Positions 23,196-32,301 are shown, counted from the first letter of the stretch. The stretch: DNA of 64,000 nucleotides from an uncultured Candidatus Saccharibacteria bacterium (GCA_964487045.1 CAZAOT010000001.1:4875-68874); one strand, 5' to 3'. Numbers and translations: made by a program. The notes: generated by a model not told the origin, from the letters alone.

Positions 23196-24108
23196 TTTTG
23201 AAATATTCGATAGTTAGTTTTAGCCCCTCGTTTATTTCTACTTTTGGTTCCCAGCCCAATTCGTTTTTAGCTTTGTCTGCTGCAAGGCTACTATACATTT
23301 GCTCACCCGGTTTTCCTTCAGCGTGATTAATCTCGCTTTCGGACTGAGCGATCTTCTTCATTTCCTGCGCAAGAGAATTAATACTAATCTCGACACTTGT
23401 TCCGATATTGTATGAACCAGTCTTGTCGCTCTCAAGGGCTGCTAAATTAGCCGCTACAACATCTCCTACGTATACAAAATCCCTTGTTTGTTCTCCTGAT
23501 CCGTAAATTGTGCACTCTTCGTTCTTGATCATCTTCTGGCCGAATATTGCCACAACTCCTGCTTCGCCTTTTGGATTCTGTCTTGGTCCATAAACATTGG
23601 CGTAGCGTAGGCAAACAGCTTGAAGGTCTGAAGAAGCTGCGAAGTATGAGATGTATTTTTCAGCGAATAGCTTGTCGATGCCATAGGGACAAACTGGCTC
23701 CTCAGCCGATCCTTCAATGGTTGGTCTTTCAACTTTATCGCCATAAATTGCACCACCTGTTGAAGAAAAGACAAATTTCTTTGTGTTATTTTTGACAGCT
23801 AATTCAAGTAGATTGATTGTGCCGATGACGTTTATGCTCACATCGGTCTGGGGGTCTTCCGTCGAGAGTCGAACAGAAGCTTGAGCCGCAAGGTGACAAA
23901 TTGCTTCGGGGGAGAAGCCTTCAAATACCTTAGCGAGGGCATCCTTGTCGGTAATGTCGATTTCAAAGAATTTAGCCTTCTCGTTTAAGTTTTCTCTTTT
24001 TCCGGTTGATAGATTATCTACAACCGCGACCTCGTGATCACTCTGGATAAGTGCATCGACGAGATTCGATCCAATAAATCCGGCGCCTCCAGTAACTAAA
24101 ATTTTCAT
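23182..24108 (-). CDS. NAD-dependent epimerase/dehydratase (UDP-glucose 4-epimerase-like)
   Basis: MKILVTGGAGFIGSNLVDAL, YxxxK-containing SDR core, 308 aa. Confidence 0.65.
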   Translation of the reverse strand: MKILVTGGAGFIGSNLVDALIQSDHEVAVVDNLSTGKRENLNEKAKFFEIDITDKDALAKVFEGFSPEAICHLAAQASVRLSTEDPQTDVSINVIGTINLLELAVKNNTKKFVFSSTGGAIYGDKVERPTIEGSAEEPVCPYGIDKLFAEKYISYFAASSDLQAVCLRYANVYGPRQNPKGEAGVVAIFGQKMIKNEECTIYGSGEQTRDFVYVGDVVAANLAALESDKTGSYNIGTSVEISINSLAQEMKKIAQSESEINHAEGKPGEQMYSSLAADKAKNELGWEPKVEINEGLKLTIEYFKNASS

Positions 24109-24189
24109 AATTAAGCTCCCTCAAATTTATGAGTTCATCTTAGCTCTTTTCAGGAGTGATCGCAATAGAATAATCGGCGATGGTTTAGA

Positions 24190-24218
24190 TTGACTTGAAG
24201 CCGATATTATGTTATTTT
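24190..24218 (+). promoter_or_regulatory. candidate sigma70-type promoter TTGACT-N17-TATTTT
   Basis: read directly upstream of G+C-rich gene; weak -10. Confidence 0.3.
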
Positions 24219-24268
24219 TTTGTGTCAGGTTTTTTGCAGCCTGCATCACAGCAAGGGAGGGTTGTACC

Positions 24269-25675
24269 TTGAAACTTCGAGATTTGACTAGGGTTAGTAC
24301 GGCCGGTCAGCTTCATCATCTTCTGAGTAAGAAACGAACCCGCAATGAGAATGTCGAGCTGGGGGCTCTGCTCGAGAGTAATCTAGCGCTTGCCAGGCGA
24401 CTGGTCACCTTGGTGGCTGGCTCTGCTGACGCTAGTCTGGTCAAGATGTTCTCACCGATCTTCTGTCTGCTTTCGTCATCTTTGAGGGCGCAGATGATTG
24501 AGTCTTTCAAGCCGTTCAAGAGCAGAGAGTTTCTGTTCTTCGTCTCAAGTCTACCGGCCAAGGGGCTAAGGTACTTGATCAGGGCCCTCGATAAGATGTC
24601 GTCCGTTGACGACACGAGGTTTTGTCTCGGAAAGCTAGTCGTATCAGGCAATCCCGAATGGCCGGGTGTTATCGGCGAGGCTTTTTCGGACAAGGACCTT
24701 GACAGGTTGCGGGCGCGTGAGCCGATCTGTAGCGAACAATCAGAGGAATTCACTTCTCTACAGGCTATTACCTACATGATCGGTAGCTTGCTCTCAGCCA
24801 GCGTCATTCTTCTGCCGGTGTGTGGTCGGAATCCTCGACCCGAATACAACCTCGCTGGTTTCAAGCTGACAGAGATCAGGCCTCATGAGACATTGGTTAT
24901 GAATGGAGAGAAGTCTCAGAACCACTGGCTTCCTTGGGTATTTCAGACAGAGGAGGGAGTTGAGAAGGCGCTCCACTTACTCGAATTCCTCGTCGGCAGT
25001 CTGAGCCTCTGCGATCAGGGCAACGAGTTGCTCAACAGGATTGGTGACGATGCCGAAAGGATGCTGGTAGAGATCAGTGAGCGCTGGGAAGCAATCAAGA
25101 AAGGCGTGCATCGCTGGGTACTCCCAGATGGACAGATGAAGCTTCGGTTCGGAGGCGACTTTGTCTTCTGTGGCCTGATGGTGACAGAACTTCACCCCGG
25201 GAAGAAAGTACCCGAGATGACGGTCAGAATCGTACAGAATCGATTCGGTTACCTCAAGTTCAAGGATCGGCCTCTCGACGAGAATGGCCTTTTTAAGGAC
25301 ATGGACCTCGGTAAGCAGGTCGGACTGCTCGAACTTGGCATCAACCACAAGGTGGTCTGCTGGCTGGCTGATTACGCTTTGCGACCTTCAAACTACAAGC
25401 CAAAGAATGGTGAAGGCAAGAGTCTTGACCCGATCAAGGTCGCGTTTGGCGAAGGCAAGCTGCCTGCTGGGTTTCACCTTCCTGAGTATATGAATCTCCC
25501 GGACAAGATAAAGCAGAACGGCAAGCCTTACGAAGCCAGTGGCGATGCGAAGAAGCGCGCCGAAGCGCTGGGCTGGGCCGAGCCGACTGATGGTCAGACC
25601 TTTAGGATGTCGGGAGATCCTCTTAAGGAAGGCCTTGGCCTTCCGGAACCCCTCGACATCGTATATGATGTCTGA
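24269..25675 (+). CDS. hypothetical protein, G+C-rich orphan
   Basis: visibly G+C-rich relative to flanks; GGGAGGG Shine-Dalgarno 7 nt before TTG 24269 (MKLRDLTRV...); no recognisable domain. Confidence 0.5.
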   Translation: MKLRDLTRVSTAGQLHHLLSKKRTRNENVELGALLESNLALARRLVTLVAGSADASLVKMFSPIFCLLSSSLRAQMIESFKPFKSREFLFFVSSLPAKGLRYLIRALDKMSSVDDTRFCLGKLVVSGNPEWPGVIGEAFSDKDLDRLRAREPICSEQSEEFTSLQAITYMIGSLLSASVILLPVCGRNPRPEYNLAGFKLTEIRPHETLVMNGEKSQNHWLPWVFQTEEGVEKALHLLEFLVGSLSLCDQGNELLNRIGDDAERMLVEISERWEAIKKGVHRWVLPDGQMKLRFGGDFVFCGLMVTELHPGKKVPEMTVRIVQNRFGYLKFKDRPLDENGLFKDMDLGKQVGLLELGINHKVVCWLADYALRPSNYKPKNGEGKSLDPIKVAFGEGKLPAGFHLPEYMNLPDKIKQNGKPYEASGDAKKRAEALGWAEPTDGQTFRMSGDPLKEGLGLPEPLDIVYDV

Positions 25676-25692
25676 TATCTCTCTATCTCAAA

Positions 25693-25734
25693 GGGGCGCA
25701 CTGTCATCCGACAGGGCGCCCCTTCTCTTTTTTG
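25693..25734 (+). terminator. rho-independent terminator
   Basis: GGGGCGCACTGTC...GACAGGGCGCCCC stem then TTCTCTTTTTTG. Confidence 0.7.
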
Positions 25735-25742
25735 TAAAAAAA

Positions 25743-26318
25743 TTACAGACGAAAAACGCGAATTAGCTTTTCGCTGATTAACTCGCCACGTTCCAGTTTT
25801 TCCGGCAAGTATCGAAGTAAATAATTCCTAACTTCAGTCGAACTTTGGGTACCAAGGGGAATTGCAATTGGGGATTTGAAAAAACCAACTGGCTCGATAT
25901 ATAGAATTGATTTTTGCCCATGCTGGGCAATCCAAAATGACTTTAGCTCATAAAACGGAACATAATTTTCTCTTTGCAGCATTCCGCTCTCATCAATCGC
26001 AAATTCGTGAGTCTTAGGCTTCTCATGAGAAAGTTGGAAGGTAACGATGACTGCTAAAATGATTATTATTACTGGGAAAAAGTTACCGGTGTAGATCAAA
26101 ATCAGAGATAAAACCATCGAAACAAGCCCAACTACTAGTGACCAGTAAGGAGATCTTTCAAAAGTATAATAATCTGGTGCTCTCCAGCGCAATATTTTTT
26201 TGATATTACCAAGCTTGATCGGCCTTGGGGTCGTCTTTTTTTCTTCCGGCCTTTTGGAATCTTTTTTGGATTTTTGAGCCGGTTTCTTGGCTATTTTTTT
26301 GTCTTTTTCTTTGGCCAT
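25743..26318 (-). CDS. hypothetical membrane protein with lysine-rich N-terminus
   Basis: 191 aa, K-rich N-terminus then two TM helices. Confidence 0.45.
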   Translation of the reverse strand: MAKEKDKKIAKKPAQKSKKDSKRPEEKKTTPRPIKLGNIKKILRWRAPDYYTFERSPYWSLVVGLVSMVLSLILIYTGNFFPVIIIILAVIVTFQLSHEKPKTHEFAIDESGMLQRENYVPFYELKSFWIAQHGQKSILYIEPVGFFKSPIAIPLGTQSSTEVRNYLLRYLPEKLERGELISEKLIRVFRL

Positions 26319-26351
26319 TAACTTAATTATAGCACAGCGAGATTTTTTCGA

Positions 26352-26762
26352 TTAATCAATCGATTTTTTTATAGCCTCGGCGATTTTTGCTCTTTCTCCA
26401 GATGTAGTCTCTTTACCGGGCCAGAGTTTGAGGCCATCACCGGAAAAACGGGGCATAATGTGAAGATGAACATGTCCGACAACTTGCCCAGCGTCTTTGC
26501 CGTTATTTAGCCCTAGATTAAATCCGCTAGCTCCCACCGCCTCGTTCAAACTAGAGCCGATTTTTTGCGCTAGCTTCATCATCTCGCAAAGATATTTTTC
26601 TTCTACTTCTTCTAGAGAAGCAAAATGCTTCTGGGGAATTACAAGCGTGTGGCCATTATTTACCGGATTTATATCTAGAAAAGCCAAGACGTATTCATTT
26701 TCAAACACTTTGTCAGCCGGGATTTTTCCTTCTATAATTTGGCAAAAGATACAATTTTCCAT
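26352..26762 (-). CDS. HIT family hydrolase
   Basis: histidine triad GHVHLHIMPR, 136 aa. Confidence 0.75.
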   Translation of the reverse strand: MENCIFCQIIEGKIPADKVFENEYVLAFLDINPVNNGHTLVIPQKHFASLEEVEEKYLCEMMKLAQKIGSSLNEAVGASGFNLGLNNGKDAGQVVGHVHLHIMPRFSGDGLKLWPGKETTSGERAKIAEAIKKSID

Positions 26763-26764
26763 CG

Positions 26765-27217
26765 TTAAAATTTCACTAAATTTTTCTCGAGGTCCTGAAC
26801 AATTAGCTTCTTGCCCTTTGTAACTATTTTATACCCTTCTTTTTCAAGAAGCTTTTTTTGATTTTCTATTCCACCTGGGTATTTATCGTTTAATTCTCCA
26901 GAGCCTTTTAGCGTACGCCAGTAAGGGGCACCATCTTTTAATTCCTCGGAGGCGTTAGCGGCTATCCAAGTAAAGATTCCAGTTGTAAGCGGGCAAGCGA
27001 TCGCAGTTTTATGTTTTTTTGCGAAGTATTGTCTTATGAGAGCAACCGAGGCGAGTTTGCCTTTTGGAACTTTCTTCATTACTTCGTAAACTTCCTCGGG
27101 ACATGGGATGTACATTGTTTCTCCACCCCATTTTTCAGCTGCTTCTTTGTCTAATTTTACAATTTTAGGGAGGTCGTTTTTGGTTTTTAGCTTTTCTACC
27201 CATGACTTTTTAGCCAT
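26765..27217 (-). CDS. MGMT-fold DNA-binding protein lacking the catalytic cysteine (alkyltransferase-like)
   Basis: C-terminal DGAPYWRTLKGSGELNDKYPGGIENQKKLLEKEG mirrors the MGMT PCHRVV...G.L.GY.GG...K..LL..EG pattern with Cys replaced by Tyr. Confidence 0.4.
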   Translation of the reverse strand: MAKKSWVEKLKTKNDLPKIVKLDKEAAEKWGGETMYIPCPEEVYEVMKKVPKGKLASVALIRQYFAKKHKTAIACPLTTGIFTWIAANASEELKDGAPYWRTLKGSGELNDKYPGGIENQKKLLEKEGYKIVTKGKKLIVQDLEKNLVKF

Positions 27218-27225
27218 ACTGCTCC

Positions 27226-27711
27226 TTAGAATTTAGGATTTTCTTTTAAACTATCGGCCCATCCACCAACTAGTCCGCTAAGGATAATTACAACAACCGC
27301 AACCAGTAGATGCCCTAGCATTATTTTACCGACCGACCTTTTTTCAGCTTTAGCTATGAAGTAGGTAAGAATTGAGATCAAAATAAGTCCAAATAGTACT
27401 GATAAAATTATCGCTTGGTTTATTTGCAAAAAGAAAAAGGGAAGGGCAAACAAAATTCCAACAGAAAATTTAGAGATAAAGGTGGAAATTGTTTCTTCCC
27501 ATTTTGATTTTTCGTTGTCCCGCTCGGCTTCATCAGCCATAAAAATTGCAAATGAGTCCGACAAGGCGTCGGTGATGGCGATTACGGCGATACCAGCGAC
27601 AATTACAGAAACTGAATGAGTTCCTTGGTTCAGGCCAATCATCATTCCAAGCGTCGTAATAATACCGCTTGTCAGGCCAAAGCCAAATCCTTTTCTAACT
27701 GCTGATTTCAT
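27226..27711 (-). CDS. VIT1/CCC1 family membrane protein (putative iron/manganese transporter)
   Basis: GFGFGLTSGIITTLGMMIGL and overall five-TM layout typical of VIT family. Confidence 0.55.
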   Translation of the reverse strand: MKSAVRKGFGFGLTSGIITTLGMMIGLNQGTHSVSVIVAGIAVIAITDALSDSFAIFMADEAERDNEKSKWEETISTFISKFSVGILFALPFFFLQINQAIILSVLFGLILISILTYFIAKAEKRSVGKIMLGHLLVAVVVIILSGLVGGWADSLKENPKF

Positions 27712-27766
27712 AGTTTGATTTTACTCCTTAATCCAGTGTTTCGGCAAGGGTTATGTTAATTTTTCT

Positions 27767-27795
27767 TCTTGATTTGGCGCCTCGCTTGTACTATA
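27767..27795 (+). promoter_or_regulatory. sigma70-type promoter TTGATT-N17-TATACT
   Basis: -35 at 27767-27772, -10 at 27790-27795, exact 17-nt spacer; precedes G+C-rich plsY-like operon. Confidence 0.5.
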
Positions 27796-27803
27796 CTCTG
27801 CGG

Positions 27804-27821
27804 ATCTCAAGATTTCTCTTG
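27804..27821 (+). promoter_or_regulatory. perfect palindrome CTCAAGA-TTTC-TCTTGAG (candidate operator)
   Basis: 7-bp inverted repeat immediately downstream of the -10 element. Confidence 0.4.
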
Positions 27822-27868
27822 AGTTGCGACGAAATAGTGAACATTGACATAGAAGGGAATGGTTACGA

Positions 27869-29638
27869 ATGCAAGAGCTGGTGCTGTTTGTTGCTGTAAT
27901 CGGCTATCTGATCGGGTCGATACCGATCGGCTATCTGATTGGCAAGAAGTTCGGCGTGAATCTTCTCGAAGAAGGGTCTAAGGCGATCGGCCGGACCAAC
28001 CTCGAGCGGGTTCTCGCGCCGATCATCGGCGCCAAGCGCGCCAAGCTCTGGGGTTATATCGGCGAGGCAGGCGACCAGCTCAAGGGACTCGTCCCAATTC
28101 TGATTGGTATGCTTCTGCTTCGTCTTGACCCCATCTCGCTCGCTGTCCTCGCTACTTCGCTCATTCTCGGCCACTGCTACTCTGCGTTTCTTTTCTTCAG
28201 GGGTGGCAAGGGAGTCGCGACGACGATGGGCATCGTGCTTGCTCTTTGCTGGTACATCGCTGTGCCATGCTACGTGTTCTGGTTTGCCGCCAAGAAAGCG
28301 CTCGAGACCAAGACGCAGGAGGCAACCGCACTCGCTTCGATTCGCGGAGGTCTTCTGGTTGGTGTTCTGGGAGTCATGGTCACGCACGACCTGGCCATGC
28401 AGATCTTCTTCGCCTTTGCTGCGCTTCACATCGTTTTTGCTCACCGCGAGAACCTGAAGCGCTACAGGCAGGAACAGCTGCAGAAGAAGCTTGAGAAAGC
28501 AAGCTTCCCGGACGATATGCCGACCGGTGTATTCATCACCGATGCGGCTACGAACAATCCTGAGACGGTCAAGCGGCTTCTGATGCAAAAGAAGAAGTTC
28601 GCCTGGCTCGTCAACCTCTTTCCGGCCCAGTTCGTCTGCGACGTGATTCTCCCCATCATCCCGATGAAGTACCTGAAGATGGGCGAGGTCATCCTCGAGA
28701 ATGATCTTGGGGCCAAGGTCAGAGTTGTGACCTGGGGCTACCCGGACATCCCAAGACGAATGATGGAGAACCCGGGCCGTACGATCTCGAGGCTACTTGA
28801 TCTTTGTTCATACGTCGAGTCGCTTGGTGCAGACGACATCTGCCTTGGCGCCAACACAGCCAGTGTCGGCGACAAGGGAGCAACGCTTCAGCAGTTTGCC
28901 CAGTCGATCACGAACGGCAATCGCCTAACCTGCGTCTATGCGGTTAAGGCTGCTCTCAAAGTGCTAGACACAATGCTAATCCCTCGAGGAACCGCTGTAG
29001 CAACTGTGGTTGGCAGTGGCGGCTCAGTAGGAGATGGCGTGTGTCAGCTTCTGCTCAAGGCCGGTATCGGACGCCTGTATTTGGTTGGAAGCACTCTTGG
29101 TAAACAGGCTGGTCAGGCAACTGAGCTCTCGAGGCGTTTTGGGGTTCCGGTTGAAGAACTGGGACTAATGGACGCCCTCTCGCGAAGTCATCTGGCCATC
29201 TTTGCCTCTAGTGGTACGGCCAGAGAGAACGCGCACAAGATCAATCCCGAGGCGCTTCCAGCAGGCTTGATTGTCGTTGACATGGAACGCCCGCGCGAGA
29301 TCTCAAAGATGCTTGCCGAGTATGTGTGGCTTCTGCCGAACGATGGTGGCATGGTTGCTATCGAAGGAACGGGCAAGGCTGGGACTGGCTTGCCTGAAGG
29401 CGTTTACTTCCCTTGTTTCAGCGAACTAGCCTTGCGCCTCTTCCGCGGAATCAGGACGAAGTGGTGCTATCCAGCTACTCTCGAGGAATTGAGGGAGGTT
29501 TGGGAAGCGGCTGAGGAGGAAGGCTTCTCTCTAGCTGGTCTGCGTCTTAATGAGCAGCCAGTTGAAGATCATGAGCTTGCTTTCCGTATCGAGCAAGCAG
29601 AGATGGCAAAAGCCTACAAACCCAGGAGGGTGACATGA
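27869..29638 (+). CDS. PlsY-like glycerol-3-phosphate acyltransferase domain fused to a C-terminal Rossmann-fold (GxGxxG) domain
   Basis: N-terminal 200 aa align by eye with PlsY (YLIGSIP, LGHCYSAFLFFRGGKGVATTMG, FAHRENLKRY) but GSGNxGATN motif is GSKAIGRTN; C-terminal about 390 aa contains VVGSGGSVGDGVCQLLLKAGIGRLYLVGST dinucleotide-binding motif; G+C-rich. Confidence 0.55.
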   Translation: MQELVLFVAVIGYLIGSIPIGYLIGKKFGVNLLEEGSKAIGRTNLERVLAPIIGAKRAKLWGYIGEAGDQLKGLVPILIGMLLLRLDPISLAVLATSLILGHCYSAFLFFRGGKGVATTMGIVLALCWYIAVPCYVFWFAAKKALETKTQEATALASIRGGLLVGVLGVMVTHDLAMQIFFAFAALHIVFAHRENLKRYRQEQLQKKLEKASFPDDMPTGVFITDAATNNPETVKRLLMQKKKFAWLVNLFPAQFVCDVILPIIPMKYLKMGEVILENDLGAKVRVVTWGYPDIPRRMMENPGRTISRLLDLCSYVESLGADDICLGANTASVGDKGATLQQFAQSITNGNRLTCVYAVKAALKVLDTMLIPRGTAVATVVGSGGSVGDGVCQLLLKAGIGRLYLVGSTLGKQAGQATELSRRFGVPVEELGLMDALSRSHLAIFASSGTARENAHKINPEALPAGLIVVDMERPREISKMLAEYVWLLPNDGGMVAIEGTGKAGTGLPEGVYFPCFSELALRLFRGIRTKWCYPATLEELREVWEAAEEEGFSLAGLRLNEQPVEDHELAFRIEQAEMAKAYKPRRVT

Positions 29639-30804
29639 ACAGTAGGGTGGCCGTGCTTGGAGCGGGCCAGTTTGGCTTTGCTCTTGCTTGCCGATTGGCT
29701 CAAGGCGGGATAAAGACGGTTCTGTGGGGCCGTAGTCCGCATATTCTCAGCGGTCCGCGGGCAGTCTCACAGCGGTTCAGTGGTGGATCGCCGCCCCTTG
29801 GGCTTCAAGTTACTGGCGGATCAGGTCTTCCCAGCCTGGATGACTTTGACCTGGTCTTTGTCGCCACTGATTCTTCTGGACTCGCTGAGCTAGTCCCGAT
29901 GATCGCCCAGAGTGATATTGGCGATACGCCGGTTCTTCTTGTCCAGAAGGGTCTTGTGAATGGTGTCTCTCCCGTGGAATTCGCTAGCGCCGCCGGACTT
30001 AACGCCGGTTCGTTTACCGGCGCGGCCTTCGCAAGTGACATCTATCTCGGCTCTGAGGCGATGATGATCGTCGCAGCCGAGGACGTTACCCTCTGCATTA
30101 CAGTGATGGAGCTGCTTAAGCCCCTTAAGTTCTGGATAACTGCATGTAGTGATCCAGACGCGATCTGCGCTGCCAACGTAGCGCGAACGATCACCTCGAT
30201 CGAGATGGGTATTGTCAGCGGCTTCGCGGACTACTTGCAGCGCCAATCAAAGTATGCACTGGTGCCGCATAGGTCGCCTGACTTTACTCCAACCGAGATC
30301 GCGGCGGCCACCGCTAGCATCCAGTACGAGTGGCGGGTTGTCTCAGCGATGCTTAGTCCGGTGATTAACTCCTTGCTCTATCCAGAAGTAGTCTCGGATG
30401 ATGTTTCGATCGTGCGCAACATCAATCGCGAGCGCATTCTCAGGGTCCTTTCCGCTGACAACTACCTCTGCAGCGGGATGATACTCGACCGTAACGACAG
30501 GGGAGGAGATTCTCGGGTGACTCTGGGTCTTCCTCTCGCCACACCGGTCTCGCGCAACTGGCGGTTTGGCTATGCGCTTGGCTGCTGGCGTTATGTCCCG
30601 GATGCCATAAGGGCGGTTGCTGACCTTGGAGTGATCCAGGGGCAGCAGAACGCTCTTGATCTATACAAGCGGTTCGGTGCGAGCGCCCCGCCGTTTCTCA
30701 CCTCCCTTGGCCGAATCTTGACTGAAGTGTCAAAGGTCGAGGAGGAGATCCAGGTCATTCGCGATCGTCGCGATGCCTGGTATGAAAAGTACGCTTCTAG
30801 CTGA
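29635..30804 (+). CDS. divergent NAD(P)H-dependent glycerol-3-phosphate dehydrogenase (GpsA)-like protein
   Basis: VAVLGAGQFGFALACRLAQGGIKTVLWGRS matches GpsA N-terminus; region equivalent to GGAVKNVIAIGAG reads AANVARTITSIEMG (Lys to Arg); overlapping stop/start with upstream gene. Confidence 0.5.
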   Translation: MNSRVAVLGAGQFGFALACRLAQGGIKTVLWGRSPHILSGPRAVSQRFSGGSPPLGLQVTGGSGLPSLDDFDLVFVATDSSGLAELVPMIAQSDIGDTPVLLVQKGLVNGVSPVEFASAAGLNAGSFTGAAFASDIYLGSEAMMIVAAEDVTLCITVMELLKPLKFWITACSDPDAICAANVARTITSIEMGIVSGFADYLQRQSKYALVPHRSPDFTPTEIAAATASIQYEWRVVSAMLSPVINSLLYPEVVSDDVSIVRNINRERILRVLSADNYLCSGMILDRNDRGGDSRVTLGLPLATPVSRNWRFGYALGCWRYVPDAIRAVADLGVIQGQQNALDLYKRFGASAPPFLTSLGRILTEVSKVEEEIQVIRDRRDAWYEKYASS

Positions 30805-30823
30805 GCTATGCTCGGTCTTACAC

Positions 30824-30861
30824 GGGCTCCCGGAAGTTTTCCGGGAGCCCGTTTCTTTTTT
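30824..30861 (+). terminator. rho-independent terminator
   Basis: perfect 10-bp stem GGGCTCCCGG/CCGGGAGCCC, 7-nt loop, GTTTCTTTTTT tail. Confidence 0.75.
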
Positions 30862-31729
30862 AGTACAAATCTAACTTTGGTTTTTTCTTTTGATAATTTG
30901 CGAATGCTTTTTTCCAACTTTTTGACCAGTAACCGGGCTTCTTGCGGTAATCTTCAAACAGAAATAATCCGCAGTACGGACAAAGTTTCTCCAATTGTTC
31001 GCGCATCGAATCTTTATCCTCTGGCAGAGTTTTTCTTCCTAAATTGAAGCCCATAATTCGATCAATTGATCCAGCATTCGGGCAAGCATAATAGCCGTGC
31101 TTGGTAAGTGATTTGCCGCACTGGTTTAGAACTAGGCAGCCATTTCTAAAATCTGCATCCTTATATCGTTTGCGATCTCGAGGTGCAGCGTTGATAGAGA
31201 TAAAGTAGCCGTGTATTTGAGAGGTCTTTTTATTGTTTTGGATAATTATGCCTTCTGGCAACTTTTTAATCTCATCTTGAACTTTTTTACCGACCCCATT
31301 GGTGATGATTTTAATTTCTGATTTTGGTGAAAAATCGCGTTTATATTTTAAAAGCAAGCGAAACATCCCCATAGTTTCTGGTTCGAGCGTTGATTCTCCG
31401 CCATAAACCGTTATCCTTCCCCATTTCTTACCCGCTTTTTTCGACTCGGAAATAAATTTTTTCACTTGCTCAATCGTCATTTTCTCGCGCGATGGAGCTT
31501 GGCGACACATCTGAGAGCAGTCGTAACATTTGAGGTTGCAATGATAGGTGGTGATTAAATCTACTTTATTAGGGTCGCTTCTGTAAGCATAACCAAGTAT
31601 CTTGGTCACTCTAGGATTGATTCGAAAACGGTGCCAATTATCTTTTAAGAAAAAATAGCTCCAGCGAGCAGCTTTTTTCAGTGGTTTTATTCTATATACT
31701 ATCTTCCGAACAAAAAAGTTTTCTGTCAC
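30860..31729 (-). CDS. radical SAM domain protein, function unknown
   Basis: CNLKCYDCS (CxxxCxxC) 4Fe-4S motif about 60 aa from N-terminus; extra C-terminal cysteines (CPNAGS, CPYCG). Confidence 0.55.
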   Translation of the reverse strand: MTENFFVRKIVYRIKPLKKAARWSYFFLKDNWHRFRINPRVTKILGYAYRSDPNKVDLITTYHCNLKCYDCSQMCRQAPSREKMTIEQVKKFISESKKAGKKWGRITVYGGESTLEPETMGMFRLLLKYKRDFSPKSEIKIITNGVGKKVQDEIKKLPEGIIIQNNKKTSQIHGYFISINAAPRDRKRYKDADFRNGCLVLNQCGKSLTKHGYYACPNAGSIDRIMGFNLGRKTLPEDKDSMREQLEKLCPYCGLFLFEDYRKKPGYWSKSWKKAFANYQKKKPKLDLY

Positions 31730-31734
31730 GTGGA

Positions 31735-32277
31735 CTATTTTATTTCAATTGATTCGATCTTATCACCGATTTTGATTTTCTTAACGATGTCCATGCCTGA
31801 ACTGACCTTGCCAAAATATGTATACTGCTTGTTTAGGAATGAGCAGTCGACTGTGCAGATGAAGAATTGGTCGGCATTTGAAACTTTAATATCGCCGGCC
31901 CTGGCAATACCTACCGCTCCCTCTGAAAAATTGCTGTCAGATAACTCAGTTGCTTGATCGCCACCGCCGGTGCCGTCTCCCTTTGGGTCACCTCCTTGTA
32001 CGACCCAATCCTCGACGCGGTGAAAAGTTCTCCCAGCATACTCACCGGCAGTAACTTTCTTGATGAAATTATCGACTGTGTTTGGTGCCGACTTAGCGTC
32101 GAGGTCGATTGTAAAACTTCCAGCATTTGTTTTGATAGTAGCCTTCTTATTAATCACATTATTCACGATATTTTCCTTCGATGTCTGCTTGCTAGATGCG
32201 CAAGCGGTTAATGTTAGAGCGAGCCCAAAAACAAAAAAAGCGATAAATATTTTTCTCATAAAGACAATGTAAAACAA
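31735..32277 (-). CDS. cyclophilin-type peptidyl-prolyl cis-trans isomerase, lipoprotein
   Basis: lipobox LTLTAC, cyclophilin core FHRVEDWVVQGGDP...GGGDQ. Confidence 0.7.
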   Translation of the reverse strand: MFYIVFMRKIFIAFFVFGLALTLTACASSKQTSKENIVNNVINKKATIKTNAGSFTIDLDAKSAPNTVDNFIKKVTAGEYAGRTFHRVEDWVVQGGDPKGDGTGGGDQATELSDSNFSEGAVGIARAGDIKVSNADQFFICTVDCSFLNKQYTYFGKVSSGMDIVKKIKIGDKIESIEIK

Positions 32278-32301
32278 CTTAGCCGTTTTGGCAAATCAAT
32301 G

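Noticed and set aside
24316-25348. Minus-strand ORFs (145, 60 and 123 aa) within the G+C-rich orphan gene
   Set aside because: Antisense high-GC frames. No start signals.
27863-28588. 241-aa minus-strand ORF and other long ORFs (28104-28457, 28246-28494, 28462-28716) overlapping the plsY-like gene
   Set aside because: Arg/Ser-rich translations typical of antisense frames in G+C-rich DNA. The sense strand carries clear PlsY homology.
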